Notes under the pieces: model-generated
Database searches by the model: none
Told to the model about the DNA's origin: nothing
Seen by the model: the letters and a program-made list of their open reading frames with translations, nothing else
Shown: positions 50,040-63,490 of the stretch, in pieces
How positions within the stretch are numbered: the stretch's first letter is position 1
How the letters are laid out: each line of letters starts with the position of its first letter
NCBI RefSeq assembly: GCF_006345805.1
Contig: NC_043004.1
Coordinates: forward strand, 26,412,001 to 26,476,000
Length of the DNA stretch: 64,000 bases
Direction: 5' to 3'
Source of the DNA: Octopus sinensis
Taxonomy: Eukaryota
Made by a program: the position numbers and the translations under genes

Positions 50040-51706
50040 ACATTTTTTCTATGTTCATAATTTTTTGTTTACAATCAAAGAAAAAAACGTAATCTCTCCA
50101 GAAACACCTATCAAGCAAGGAAGGGAGCAGAAACCCGAAGGCGAGAGTCTCAAAAAATAAGGGACTTGAAGATTAGCAAAGGCATGATGCAGCACGTTAG
50201 ATGGAGTCTCAAGAGTGAAGGGAGATGAGGCTGTCTCAAGATCAACAAAGGCATGCCGCAGCACGTCGGATGGAGTCTCAAGAGAGAAAGGAGATGAGAC
50301 TTTCCCAAGATCAGCAAAGGCATGTTGCAGCACTTAATACTGCGTCATTAAAACAACGTTTAGCATACCAGATTACACAGAGGTCCAATAGAATAGCTCT
50401 CAGAAACAGGCCACGTACAAATTTGTTCTCCGCAACTCCTGGAGCTGCTTTCAGTTATGATCCATCCCATTCTTATAGAAATTATAATTCTGTCTAAATT
50501 GGTGTGCTAAACTCAAATTGTCGTTTCTACAAAGCTTTCAAATTTTCTCCACAAATGTCGTCAATGCTGCACTTTCCTGTATCACTTGTTTCAACATAAC
50601 TGTAATCTATAATATAAATTGGACATGGACGATCGTTGTATTCTTTCTTGTTTTGAGGTTCACAGCCAAATGGCCGGGTGGATTCGTGTGAAAAATGGCA
50701 CACATGTGGAGACGGGTGCATAGATTGGAATGCGGTTTGTATTTTTTCTAGCCCCCATAGTTACCGAGAAAATCGATTAAAACTTTTTCTAATGGAATTC
50801 CCCTGTTTGTTCCGCCATCAAAACAACCAGTTGCTCACACAGCCGGCAACAATGGGAGTACGGGATGACAGTCATCCAAATTTTTCGCTATGCTGTCTCT
50901 CTTCTTTCACCTCATTGTGGGGTTAATAATCTTAATCTTTAGTTATAGTTTCTCCTTCAAACTACATAATAGGCAGAATTGTCGGATTAAGACAGTAGGA
51001 TGTTTTGAGGGAGATCTGGCTGCTATTTCAACCAAGTCTAGCTACCATGTAGAGGTCTGAATTTAATTTTCATTCACATATTTGCATTTCAAAAATTTAA
51101 CATAATCTTTTCCATAAATTAACTATCGTAAAATTTTTATAAGATGACCTCACATTTTCTATGTATGTGTGTGTACCTTAAAAGACATCAATCATCACGA
51201 CACACATCTTCACTCACTCATTCTATGTCTCTTTCTCACCATTTTTCTCTTTCACATACACACGCGCAAGCACGCACACACACAGACACACGCACATACG
51301 CATACACATACACGCACACATGTCCATTTCATATATCTGCTTTCAATTTGTGCTCTGCAAATAAAAATTTTATGGATACAACTGCTTACAAAAATAGGGA
51401 TTAATGTATAATTTCTTTCTATGTTCATAATTAAATAAATGTTTTAATGATTAGACAGAGATCCAATAGAATAGCTCTCAGAAACAGACTACGTACACAT
51501 TCGTTTTTCACAACTCCTGAAGCTGTTTTCTGACAAGGGAGGCGTGGGGTCAGGAAATGTTCATACATCAGGAGGCTCCAATCGAAACAGGGGACCCGAA
51601 ATGATAAGGTTGAGAAAAGCTGTTATAGATTATGCTTATCCGAATCCGAAAACGATTACAGCCACATCATCCAAACAGACCGGGTGAAACCGGGCTTAGC
51701 TGCTAG
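50040..51706 (+). mobile_element. Helitron remnant: Rep/Hel N-terminus with 23-aa repeats, plus 3' terminus; 5' boundary not located
   Basis: EMRLSQDQQRHAAARRMESQERK repeats (69 nt period), AAFSYDP...V.IG.LNSNCRFYKAFKF zinc-finger start, and 3' CCGGGTGAAACCGGG hairpin then CTAG|T at 51703-51707. Internal duplication of about 50030-50060/50379-50452 at about 51380-51530. Confidence 0.8.
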
Positions 51707-51771
51707 TATATATATATATATATATATATACAAACTATGCAAATTTAAGCCTGAGCAATGCCGGGTACACA

Positions 51772-51849
<78 letters not shown>

Positions 51850-51973
51850 ATATATATATATATGTATAAAGAGTGAACGAGAGAGAGAGAGAGAAAGAAA
51901 GAAAGAAAGAAAGGAAGGAAGGAAGATAGAAATAAATAAATAAACATAATCTTAGACCCTTTCTTTCTCATTA

Positions 51974-53913
51974 CACAATGTAACACATGTTTTGTTTATT
52001 TGTATTTTTTACGTTCAGATATCCATTTTTTGCCACTAATTTCAAAAATCACATTCGTTTTGACGTAACATCGATAGTTATTTATTTATTTCTAATTTCA
52101 TATTTGCTCGTTATATTTGTAACTATTCTCTACAGCATTTTGTTGGTTCAATCTATTCTAGTATTGTAAGGATAATTACACAACATTTAGTACTTTTCAT
52201 ATATTGAAAGGTATTTAGGAAGTATAATATTAGTTAGAACAAAAAGAAACAATAAAACTCCGCACTGTAAACGCCTTAATAACTCTTTTCTTAAAATGAG
52301 AAGTGCTTTGACGATCGAGATTTTCTTGAGTGTATACCTTCATCTCATCTGACTAGAGACCATATATAATCACCCATCATAGCAGTATCCCATCGTCCTT
52401 GGTGTCTTTCCATAGTTGCGATGTCCTGATGAAATCCCTCACCATGCTCCTCACTGACATCAGCCAAGTTTTCGGGGAAAAACTCTAGGTGAGAGTGCAA
52501 AAAATGAACCTTTAAGGACATACGACAACCCATTTTCTTGAAGTTTTCAATAAGCTTTGCTACCAGCTGTTTGTAATTGGGATCTTTGTGATTTTCTAGG
52601 AATCCACAAACTACATCACGAAATGCACACCTGGGGGTCAGTATACTCTCTTGTAATGATGATCATCAGCTCTGCTGTCCCATAAGCAAAGGAAACATGA
52701 ATACTTTGTGTTCCCCCATTGCAAGCCAAGCAAGAAGGCAAGAATCTTGAAATCACCACAAACATCCCACTTGAACTCAGCGTAATTTATTTTGTCGAGA
52801 ATTCCTTTGACATTATCGTAATTTTCTTTCTTCTGTATGGAGTGTGCAAGAGGCAAAGAAGGATATTTATTTCCATTGTGGAGTAACACTGCTTTGAGAC
52901 TTCGTGTTGATCTATCTATGAACAGTTACCATTCTGCAGAATCATGCTTGAGTCCAATAGCAGTAAACAAACCAATCACATCTTTACAATAACACAGATC
53001 ATTAATATTTTCATAGTAAATTTTAAATTATTCATGGCGTTTGCGGTACACAGATGTCTAGCAGTCTTTCCCAGTAGATTCCTTTCCTTCAACTTTGTAG
53101 AAAGAAGTTCAGCTCCTGATTTAGTAAGACCCAGATCCCTGATTAAATCATCTAGCTTACTCTGATTCATGGTACGAAAGCTTCCTCCATTTCTTGGCTG
53201 CTGCTACTTGTTGACTCTTCAGATGAAATATTTTCTGGTGGTAGTGGTACTCGTAAACTATCATCATGTGGGACAGGTGCTCTAGATGATGGTATATCTG
53301 AATACCGAAGAGCTTGTCTTCCTTTCACTTTTCTGTACTTTGTCACATCGATCATACAAAAATAACAGTCATCGTGATGGTTCTTTGGCTCTCTCCATAC
53401 TCTTGGAATGGCAAAAGGTATTGACCTTCCTGTACCTCTTAACCATCCTTCTAGAGTAAATCGACAGTTTCCACATATCATATGTGGGGCCCATGGTTTG
53501 TCCTAGTCACTCATGGTCATTCCGAAATTGAGTCTGTATGCTATCCACAATTTGGCACCTTTCACGATCTTATGTAATACCTGCTTTTTTCCAATATAAT
53601 AACCACACACATAGCAAAATGTATCTGGAGAATTTTTACATACTCTAGTAGCCATCCTGAAAGTAGCAGAATTTAATAATTGGTCAGAAAGCGAAAATTA
53701 AACATACATTTAGTAGCGGAACATTATAACAATACCGAATATATAATAACATTGAAAGTCAACATATTTTCTTAACTGTTGATGATACACAAAAAAAAAA
53801 TACATTTTTGGAATCAGCAGAAAAAACTATAAATGGATTGAAAAAATGGATTGATAAACAAACAAAAAAATACAATAAACAAATTACTTTTTTTTGAAAA
53901 TTGTTACGTTGTG
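51974..53913 (-). mobile_element. Chapaev3-type (CMC) DNA transposon, disrupted transposase from ATG 53655
   Basis: TIR CACAA(T/C)GTAACA with TTA TSD at 51971-51973 and 53914-53916. MATRVCKNSPDTFCYVCG, WREPKNHHDDCYFC, DVCGDFK, SLKVHFLHSHL...SEEHGEGFHQDI. One stop, frameshifts and an internal deletion near 52638. Confidence 0.85.
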
Positions 53914-56500
53914 TTATTACTTTTTAGCTCTCCCTTATAATCGCATGATCTTAGCTATTCTCCAATTTGGGTTCCTCTTCCTTCTCCATATTTTCTCCTC
54001 TCCCTCACTCTCTCTCCTCTCCTCATCTCTCGTTACTCATTATAGTTATAAGTCTGAAAGTAGGTCGCAACCTATATAATAAACCAACATGTGATGTAAC
54101 GATGATGTTTGTTATTTCAGTTTAGTGTTTACATCGACAAATATGCAGTGTTGTGTCATTCAAGCTGTCCTCTCGCTTTCTCTCTCTACACTCCTTATTC
54201 CAATATTATTTATCCCGTCTCACTAGATGCGCTGTGTTGTTCAAGCTGTTACTTTGTAATACACTCTCCTCTCTTCTATTCTTTTATTGAACTCCTTGCA
54301 TTCACACACATGTTCATAGAGAGATACACACATGTATGTGTGCGTGCGTGTGAATACATACACAGATATATACATATACATTAAAAAATAAAGTATATAC
54401 ACACCCACACACACATACGTATATGAACACATTCACAAACATATTCTTATCATCACCTCTCTAACCAACTCCACGTCCACCTGTTCCTCTACCACCATAT
54501 CTCTACTAACACTACCATCTCTATATCAGGATCACATGATTGAAACTGACATCATATCAGCTCACGTGTCTATCCCTTCTCCCCACCCCTAACCGATTAA
54601 CGTTATTTTGATCAGTATCTTGACCGATAAACACCACTACCAGTAACAACAACAAAAACAACACTACCACCACCACCACCACTATCACAACCAACAATAA
54701 TAATACGAACACCATTACCGCTACAGTAACAAAACTAAAACTATCCTCATAACGGCACCACTACCAACACTACAATTATCACCAGACTACCACCAAAATA
54801 TTTCTGTTTTTTTTCCCACCAGCTTCCCTTTAAAAAAATCCTATTCACTGTCTATCATACAGCAGAGCTTATATTTTCCAACGTTTCACTCAAACGATGG
54901 ATTCGTTGTTTTGTAACAGGTTAGGCAGCGTTATTGCAATTTAAAACAAAGTATCTCTATTGAGATGCAAATAACTTCGTCCATTGTGTCGCTTCTACTC
55001 AAAGAGTCTTCATCCAGTGGAACTCGACCTTCAGATCGTCCAAGATCAGCCGATATGTCTCTTCCGCGAATTTGAGACTGTCAATGTTGAAAAACTGGTC
55101 AGTTTGGCGATTAAGAAGTAAAAAATCTCTTGATGATATTACAGTTTTCTGCCGCAGAATAGCATTGGAGTCCTGATCAAATCTGAACCAATCTAACAAT
55201 GAAGTTGTTACAGTGAAAGTCAGAGAAACAATCCATATCAGCTGGTTTCCAACAACTTCAATGACTGCCAAATTTTCCCCGTCATTCAGGCTTCTCCCAA
55301 ACCAGTTAGTTGTTCTTAACATTGGCCATGCGACTTGATACTCTGCCTCATACCTTTGTTATCTAGTTTGTTTAATTCGAAGTAGGAAATCTTCAATAAA
55401 ATTGGTGATCGGTTCGTTTGCTGCATTTCTATCCAGAGAAGATTGCAGCGTCTTTGCCAGAGGTTAGATTCGTAGCAGAAATTATTCAATGAGGATAAAG
55501 AGAGAACAGACTTTTGCAGCCAAAAATGAAATAGAAGTGACTTGGCCTTAACTGTTTTCTCCGACGACACAGTATCCTTACTGAACTGCGACAGTGGATC
55601 CAAAATATATATGATGTATGCTGATAGATCTAACGCTTAATGGACGCGTTTTTCATCTCTGCTGACTGTCCACCTTTTTTTTGTAACAACATGAAATGCT
55701 GATGCAGAACGGACTACCATAGACTGGTAGAATTGCTGCAGTATGACGAAAAATGTTCCCACAGCTTTCATATTTACCAGTTAACCTCTATCAGGTTGAG
55801 TTGGTGTACGTGCCAGTGGACCTAAGTTGCAAATAAGACAAAGGTATGCACCTTCGTTTGAACACCAGCGATTTCCGCTTAGGATCGAGAAACTAGCATA
55901 GCATTGGGTGACACTACTGGATATCAAAAGACTGTAGTAGCAACAAACAATATTCCCTACAGAAGATATTCAAATTCAAGTTCAAAAGCTGCTTGACATC
56001 CAATAAATTCCACGATAACAATGACAAAAACGTAGCGCAGTATATGTGAGAGCAGTTGAGTTTCCGAAATTATCTTTCTTTCATCGATAATTAATCTAAA
56101 ATTGCCTGACTTGGACATTCCTTGAACTATTTCTTCTCTAAATATCGTACCGATGGCACGGTAGTAAGAAATTTATTCTGAATATTATGAAGCAAATATT
56201 TTGCATTTCAATACACTGTTATACACTCGCTGACGATAGACTAGTTTATTGACACCAGACACATTTCTCTCAGATTACTCATGCACACCACGTTAATGTC
56301 TAGAAAATCTGCTATGATGCCGTTAATCGTTAATAGATAGTGCCTATTTTTATGAACTTATTTCTCGTGAGCTTTGTTAGTCATTGATAGTACAGTCGTG
56401 TTCGCTTCTTAAGGTTTTAGTCCCGCCATACAGAAGCAGCTGTGATTTGGAATTGAAACGTTTCCTGGATAGCCAAAGTATCTATTTACCCTTATAACTG

Positions 56501-57500
56501 TGGCGAAGAGGATTTAAACAACTCACGAGGAGTTAACAAACTCGCAAAAGTTTATGTTGTGCAAATTTTATGAAAAAATCGTAAGACTATGGAAAATTTG
56601 TTGGCCGGTTTGCTCGAGTTGCAAAAACAGCAACAACAACAGCAGATAGAACAACAACAACAACAACAATTACTATTACAGCAACAAATGCTGCAATTAC
56701 TGAAATCGTCAAGAAATTCAGAAAAAGTGTTCTCACCAGATTATGTCGCGAATTCCATAACAGAGTTCAAATACGAACCTGACAAAGGAGATACCTTCGA
56801 AGCATACTACAGAAGATATGAGAAAATCTTCGATAAAGGATGTAAAGATTGGGACTACGAGATGAAAACGTGCTTAATCTTAAGAAAACTGGCGGCAGCA
56901 GAACATAAGCGATACAGTAATTATGTACTCCCAAGAAAACCTTCGGATATAAATTTTAGTGATACAATAGATATATTGTGTAAAATTTTCAGTGAAAAAA
57001 GCTCACTCTTCAACACGCATTGGAAGTGTTTGAACATAGAGAAAAACAAACGACGAGGACTACATCATATATGCTAGAAGAGTTGACAGGGAATGCAAGA
57101 AGTTTAAGCTGGACGAATTAATGCCAGGTATGTTCAAATGTCCGGTTTTTACACAGGTCCTAACTGCAGGAAAAGACACAGACGTTAGAACTAGAATTCT
57201 CGCTAAGCTGGAACAAAACCAAGATGTGACTCTACGGCAAGTGTCAGAAAAATGTGAAAGGATAGTCAAATTAAGACACGAAACAGAGAAAATTGAACGT
57301 AAAGATTGTTCCTAAGTATAGCAAGTGTGAAATAATTAGAATAGAAATAAAGTGTTTTCTAAATAAAAACATGACAAAAATCAGGAAATAAACCCATGTT
57401 TTGCATGTGGAGGTATACACCTGAGGCAAAATTGTTCATGTAAAAAAGCGGAATGCTTTCGTTTTGGAAATATAGAACATAAAACTGCATTGTAAACGTC
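56501..57500 (+). mobile_element. Gypsy internal 5' region: PBS and frameshifted gag with polyQ and zinc-knuckle remnants
   Basis: PBS TGGCGAAGAGGAT at 56501; ORF 56589-57077 ...SITEFKYEPDKGDTFEAYYRRYEKIF...SLFNTHWKCL; CFACGGIH near 57395. Confidence 0.85.
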
Positions 57501-58069
57501 AAAACAAAACGTCAGAACAGAATAAATAAGTCATCGGAAGAAATTGGCAATCTAACGATGAGAAAATTCGTGAAGGTGAAAATCAGAAATACAGGGTATT
57601 TTTGTATGTATGTATATGTGCAGATTTGTATGTTTTGTTTTTATGTATGTATTTTCGTGCATATAGTTGCATATCTAGACATGCTCATATATACTTAAAT
57701 GATAAACTTCTGGAAAGTACTACAGATTTTTATAGTTCCACCGATGGCTTGAATTTGTAGTCTCCGTATCAACTTTTTCCTTTCTGGTTTTGAGAAACCT
57801 AATTCTCAAGTGCCCCGATAATTACAGGCATAAACCTGAACTTGTAATCTGGATAGATTGTAACTGCAGATGTCTCAATAGTTCAGCGTAGGTATTCTCT
57901 TTTTCGCTGATTTTTAGTTTTATGTTAACATCCTCTGGGTAGCTGATGTATGTATGTATGTATGTATGTATGTATGTATGTATGTATGTATGTATGTATG
58001 TATGTGTGTATGTGTTGTGGCGGACGCCCCCATGTGAGAAGTGGGCTGGTCCACTACTAATAAATAGTG

Positions 58070-58299
58070 CAGTGCTTTTCAAAGAGGACTTATTTAGTAT
58101 CCTGGAGCGGAACCCCAAGGAAACATTCCACTGGCTCGAGGAACCCCTGTGCAATAATTTAATAGTTTCATGCACACATATCTGCACAGGAGAATTAAAA
58201 ATTACTGCCGATTTTAGCAGTTTTGTAACCTCTTGCGGTACCCCTGGACTGTACTAGTGGAGCCCTAAGGTTCCGCGGAACCCTGGTTGAAAACCACTG
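58070..58299. mobile_element. hAT MITE nested in the 5' LTR
   Basis: TIR CAGTG(C/G)TTTTCAA; perfect 8 bp TSD AAATAGTG at 58062-58069 and 58300-58307. Confidence 0.93.
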
Positions 58300-58601
58300 A
58301 AATAGTGGACTGACACTGTTCGGGCCGGTCCTACAGAGACGACAGAATACGTCGCCATAATGCGGGATATAAGAGTGGCGATGAGGATACTGCCCACTCT
58401 ATGACGGTGTCGTTATAACAATGGTAATGAGGTTACGAAGGCTCGGAGTATCGAAATGGAAGACCTACGTTCAAGAACAATGAAAGGAAGTTTGAAGGAT
58501 TCGAACTCTAACACAGAATTGAATCTCACACAGTGAAAAATATATATTAAAAAAAAGATTCTGAAGAAAAGAACGCTAACAGAGAATTGAACTACACACG
58601 G

Positions 58602-58657
<56 letters not shown>

Positions 58658-58665
58658 ATATACAC

Positions 58666-58740
<75 letters not shown>

Positions 58741-58750
58741 TATATATTAT

Positions 58751-58788
<38 letters not shown>

Positions 58789-59525
58789 AAGATGCTGAAG
58801 AAAAATGTCTGGTAAAACTGGAACTCTACACAGAACTGTACTACACACGGTGAAAAATAATTCTGTGTGGAAGAAAAAAAAATAATAAGTTCGAAGGATT
58901 TTATAAGTCAGGTCGCTATATGTAGTAGCGCTACCAGTAATAATGTAGACTTGGTGCTAATTGCGGTATTTTGAAAAAAAATGGTTCCGTTGGGAAATAA
59001 AAAATAATGATAATAATATTAAGTCCGTGCGAAGGATTTAATAATTTTGTGTGGAACAAAAAATAATTCTGGTTAGAAGAAAAAGAAATGAACAAGAATT
59101 AACGATACATTTAACACGAATCATGCCAGAAGATTTCAAACGTAAGCAGATATTATCTGTTGAAATTGAAAACGAACCAGTTGCTAAGAAAGTTAAAATG
59201 AACAAAGAAAATGCAAGCCATTTTGTGATTGAGGATACTAAACAAGTCCTCTTTGAGAAGACTCCAGGTGAAATGTCGATGGAAGTGATTAGTGAAGAAC
59301 ACATTGTAGAAAATTCTGAAATTAGAGAACCTGAGCCATCTGTTGCAGGAAAAGGTCCTTCTAATGAAAATGCTTCGTTGAGGAGTCGTTCTAATACAAT
59401 CACTTTAAAAGATAATGAAAGTTTGCAGGTAACTGATCCAGTTTCCGCCGAGAAAAGAGTAATAAAAGGAAAAGTCGTAGAAATGAAAAATATATATATA
59501 ATAATGCTGTGTAATTTTTGAAAAT

Positions 59526-59930
59526 AGGTGCAGGAGTGGCTGTGTGGTAAGTAGCTTGCCTACCAGCCACATGGTTCCGGTTTCAGTCCCACTGCGTGGC
59601 ACTTTGGGCAAGTGTCTTCTACTACAGTCTCGGGCCGACCAAAGCCTTGTGAGTGGATTTGGTAGATGGAAACTGAAAGAAGCCCGTCGTATATATGTAT
59701 ATGTGTGTATATATGTGCGTGTTTGTGTGTCTGTGTTTGTCCCCCACCCCCCGAACATCACCTGACAACCAATGGTGGTGTGTTTACGTCCCCGTAACTT
59801 AGCGGTTCAGCAAAAGAGACCGATAGAATAAGTACTAGGCTTGCAAAGAATAAGTCCTGGGGTCGATTTCCTCGACTAAAGGCGGTGCTCCAGCATTGCC
59901 GCAGTCAAATGACTGAAACAAGTAAAAGAG
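59526..59930 (+). mobile_element. SINE family A, full length, nested in the LTR element
   Basis: Complete head, CORE-like block and tail. Confidence 0.92.
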
Positions 59931-60934
59931 CGTATATATATAATTGTGCGGAACAAGAAAAAATCTGAATAAGAAAAAAATAATTCTGGTTAGAAGAAAA
60001 AGAAATGAAGAAGAAAAATGAGCCAAATGAGAAAAAAATATATAATTGTGTGTGGAACAAAAAAAAGTCTAAAAAAAGTAATTCTGCTTAGGAAAAAAAG
60101 TAATAAAACAAAATCTCAAAGCGGGTAGGTGTTGTGGCGGATGCCTCCAGGTGAGAAGTGAGCTGCTCCAATACTAATAAATAGTAGACTGACGCAGTCA
60201 GTAATGTCATTCGGCGAGATACGATGTTCGGGCTAGTCCTGCAGACACCGACGAAATACATCGTCATAAAGCGGGACATAACAGTATGTATACGTGCGTG
60301 TATGTGTACTGCTGACAATAGTAAATTTCACATTTTGTATATAGAGATACGTAAGGCAATTTATGTGTGTGTGTGTTAGTTAGTTAGTTAGTTAATTTTT
60401 TGGCTCAAAAAGCAAAAAGCAAGGCCATGTAGGGGGACATGGAGTTATGTACAGAATGGTGTTCATGTAAAGAGTTCAGGCCACTTGTGGTCAAGGAAGA
60501 CTTTGAACCGAGCGGTCGTCGGCATCTTCACCATCTCGTCCGGCAGCACACAATATATAATAATGCGAAGTGTGGAGTTTATGGTATTCTATTGATCTCA
60601 TGGCCCACAATTGTTTCAACAACTCACAGGGGAGCAATCACACATCATATCCATAGGCATGGACAATAACGACGATTTAGTCATGCATATTATATAACGT
60701 ATATCTATACACGCATTCTCCAATTGCCTCTGAAGAAATCATATCTGGTGCCATTATGTGCAGGCGTGGCTGTGTGGTAAGAAGTTTGCTTCCCAACCAC
60801 ATGCTGCTAACCATTTCATCTGGCGCAGCAACGATTCTGCTAGCCGGTCACCTTCCTTTGTATTCATTAATAATAACAAGAACAACAACAACAGTAACAA
60901 CAACAACAACACAACAACAACAACAATAATAATA

Positions 60935-60979
<45 letters not shown>

Positions 60980-60980
<1 letters not shown>

Positions 60981-61545
60981 CGCCCTGATGCAGTACCAGG
61001 CAGTGGCTCTTATGGCTTTTGATCTTAACTGATTGGAAGTGTTATCATGTACATTGTTTTGTCTTGGTATAAAAGATGGGCTACAGCAAATATTCTGCTC
61101 AATACCACAGATTTGCTTGTCAGTTGTTTGACCTTAGCCAGTTGAGCATGTCCCTTAGTGGCTGACGATATGTGCATGTCTGATCATGAGCAGAAGTAGT
61201 AGGGGAGCACGTAGCCATGTAATGAGAGGGATTCTTTGGGGGTTTGAATAATTCACCTCTGGAAACATGGGTGTTTCGTTCAACATCCTTAAACAACCCT
61301 TATTCAGGGACCATTTGAGCGGGATGGGTTACTCGACCAGAAGAACATTCTAACTGGGCCCCACCTGCAAGGTCATGTGCTGTTTATCTTGATATGAGAT
61401 CACCATGTCGCGCACATATGGTTGTGATGCATGTGCCTTATGTACCCTTATCAGACGGGTAGTCATGATGGGTATACCGGGCTTCGTATATTTTACCCCA
61501 GTGTCACTTTGATGGCATGCACTGCTCTCTCACTCAATAATAATA
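60980..61545. repeat. Unclassified interspersed repeat bounded by (TAA)n arrays at about 60925-60980 and 61537-61675
   Basis: GC-richer block between two long TAA microsatellites; family not assigned. Confidence 0.5.
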
Positions 61546-61571
61546 ATAATAATAATATAATAATAATAATA

Positions 61572-61604
<33 letters not shown>

Positions 61605-61606
61605 TG

Positions 61607-61675
<69 letters not shown>

Positions 61676-61949
61676 TTGAAACATTTGTTGTTTGTGCAAG
61701 AGTGGGAAAGCTCCACATTTTTCTCACCTTTCCACTGACAAACATTATAATGGCTGTCATCTGTTAACTTTTTGCATTGTTTAAACCTGATATCATAATC
61801 TAGTTTTATCTTTCTTTTTCAGGTAAGTCATTTCTGATAAAAAATTCGCTGTTACCAAAAGATTTAAAAGGCAAGTAAACGCATTATATTCTGAATGTCT
61901 GTCTGTCTGTCTGTCTGTCTGTCTTCCTGTTTCTGTTTGTCATTAATCA

Positions 61950-62235
61950 TAATTGATGTATCGACCTCGGGCCGACCTTGTGACTGGATTTGGTTGACGG
62001 AAACTGAAAAAAAAGCCGGTGCGCGTGTGTGTGTGTGGTGTGTGTGTGTGTGTGTGTGTGTATTGATTTGTTGTTTACGTCCTCGTAACATTAGCGGTTC
62101 GCCAAAAAGAAACCGATAGAATAAGTACCAGGCTTTAAAAATATAAATACTGGGGTCGATTCATTCGACTAAAAGTTCTTCAAGGCGGTGTCCCAGCATG
62201 GCCGCAGTCTAATGACTGAAACAGATAAAAGAAAA
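61950..62235 (+). mobile_element. SINE family A, 5'-truncated
   Basis: CTCGGGCCGACC...GGATTTGGTTGACGGAAACTG...CATGGCCGCAGTC tail. Confidence 0.85.
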
Positions 62236-62639
62236 AAAGATGTGTGTATATTGTATATATTGTATGTTGCTTGGACGTCTACGACACTGCAAAGTTGGCG
62301 CTCTAAACATGCTTTGTTATTGCCCTTGTACAGGGACATTCCAGAAGGATCTAGAATGGTTTATCACATGAAGTCTGGTTGATGATTAGTCCATAATTCG
62401 GCTGCTCACGCAAACAAGGTGTTGCTACGCTGTGGTTTAAACTTCGCAGTCTGGCGACCTGGATTTGAGTCTTGCTACTGGCGTAATTTCGTTTTAAGTG
62501 TATAAATTTTATACGGTTGTTGCGTGTGCATGTGCATATTCTGTGTGTGGTCGAGGAAGGGGTAGATCTGAAGGTAAGACTTTGTCTCATTATGTCTTTA
62601 CCTTCTAAAAATAGTGGCTAAACTTTTTCATATTCTGTC

Positions 62640-62975
62640 TAATCGGAGACCCTCTTCGGTCACGACACAGACCATGGGATTGCACCTAGAAAGTTACCCT
62701 CTTAGACACAAGTCCGGGCGAGGTTGTTTATGGAAGACCAGCAGTCGCCCATGCATACCAGCCTCCCCTCTCCACGCCACCAGTGTTATCCCAGGGAAGG
62801 ACAAAGGTCGATACAGCTTGGCACCAGTGACGTCGCAACTCATTTCTACAGCTGAGTGAACTGGAGCAACGTGAAATAAAGTGCCTTGCTCGAGAACACA
62901 CCACGCAGCCCGGTCCTGGATTCGAGCTCACAACCTCACGATCGTAAGCTCGACGCTCTAACCACTGAGCCATGC
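62640..62975 (-). mobile_element. SINE family C (tRNA-derived head)
   Basis: Minus strand CATGGCTCAGTGGTTAGAGCG...GAGCTCGAATCC (A and B boxes) followed by GAGCAAGGCACTTTATTTCACGTTGCTCCAGTTCACTCAGCTG. Confidence 0.85.
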
Positions 62976-63284
62976 TGAATAATAAAGGTGACATTGGACA
63001 GGAGGATAAAACAATCTCGAAAGGATAGGTGATGGTCATTGTTGGAGTAAGTTTGATGCTGGTGGAATGTTGAGTAGAGTTCAACATGAGCTACGTGATA
63101 GTATGATAACAACATTTATGATATTAATATCCACTAAAACACCTTGGTTGTTCGACGTGCTGGAAATGACAGTTAATTTCCCCTCATATCACACTTTAAC
63201 ATTTTACAAGGACTAATTGATATAGTCTCAAGTACTGAAGCGTATAAACATAATCCCCCTTCATCAGTTAAAGCTCAACATCAT

Positions 63285-63362
63285 CACCATCATCATCATC
63301 ATACCAGAGACACCTACGACGACGAAGACCACCACCACTACCACCACCATCACCACCATCAT

Positions 63363-63399
<37 letters not shown>

Positions 63400-63416
63400 G
63401 TTGCTGCTGCTGCTGT

Positions 63417-63474
<58 letters not shown>

Positions 63475-63490
63475 GCAGCTGCTGCTACTG
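63285..63490. repeat. Compound (CAT/CAC/TAC)n trinucleotide microsatellite
   Basis: Directly visible; no splice or domain context. Confidence 0.9.

Larger units (their letters stand above)
58013..60283 (+). mobile_element. Non-autonomous LTR retroelement: LTRs 58013-58374 and 60130-60283, PBS 58376-58388, PPT-like AAAGCGGGTAGG, GTATG TSD
   Basis: Both LTRs start TGTTGTGGCGGA and end GCGGGA(T/C)ATAA(G/C)A; GTATG at 58008-58012 and 60284-60288. No gag or pol motifs inside. Confidence 0.82.
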
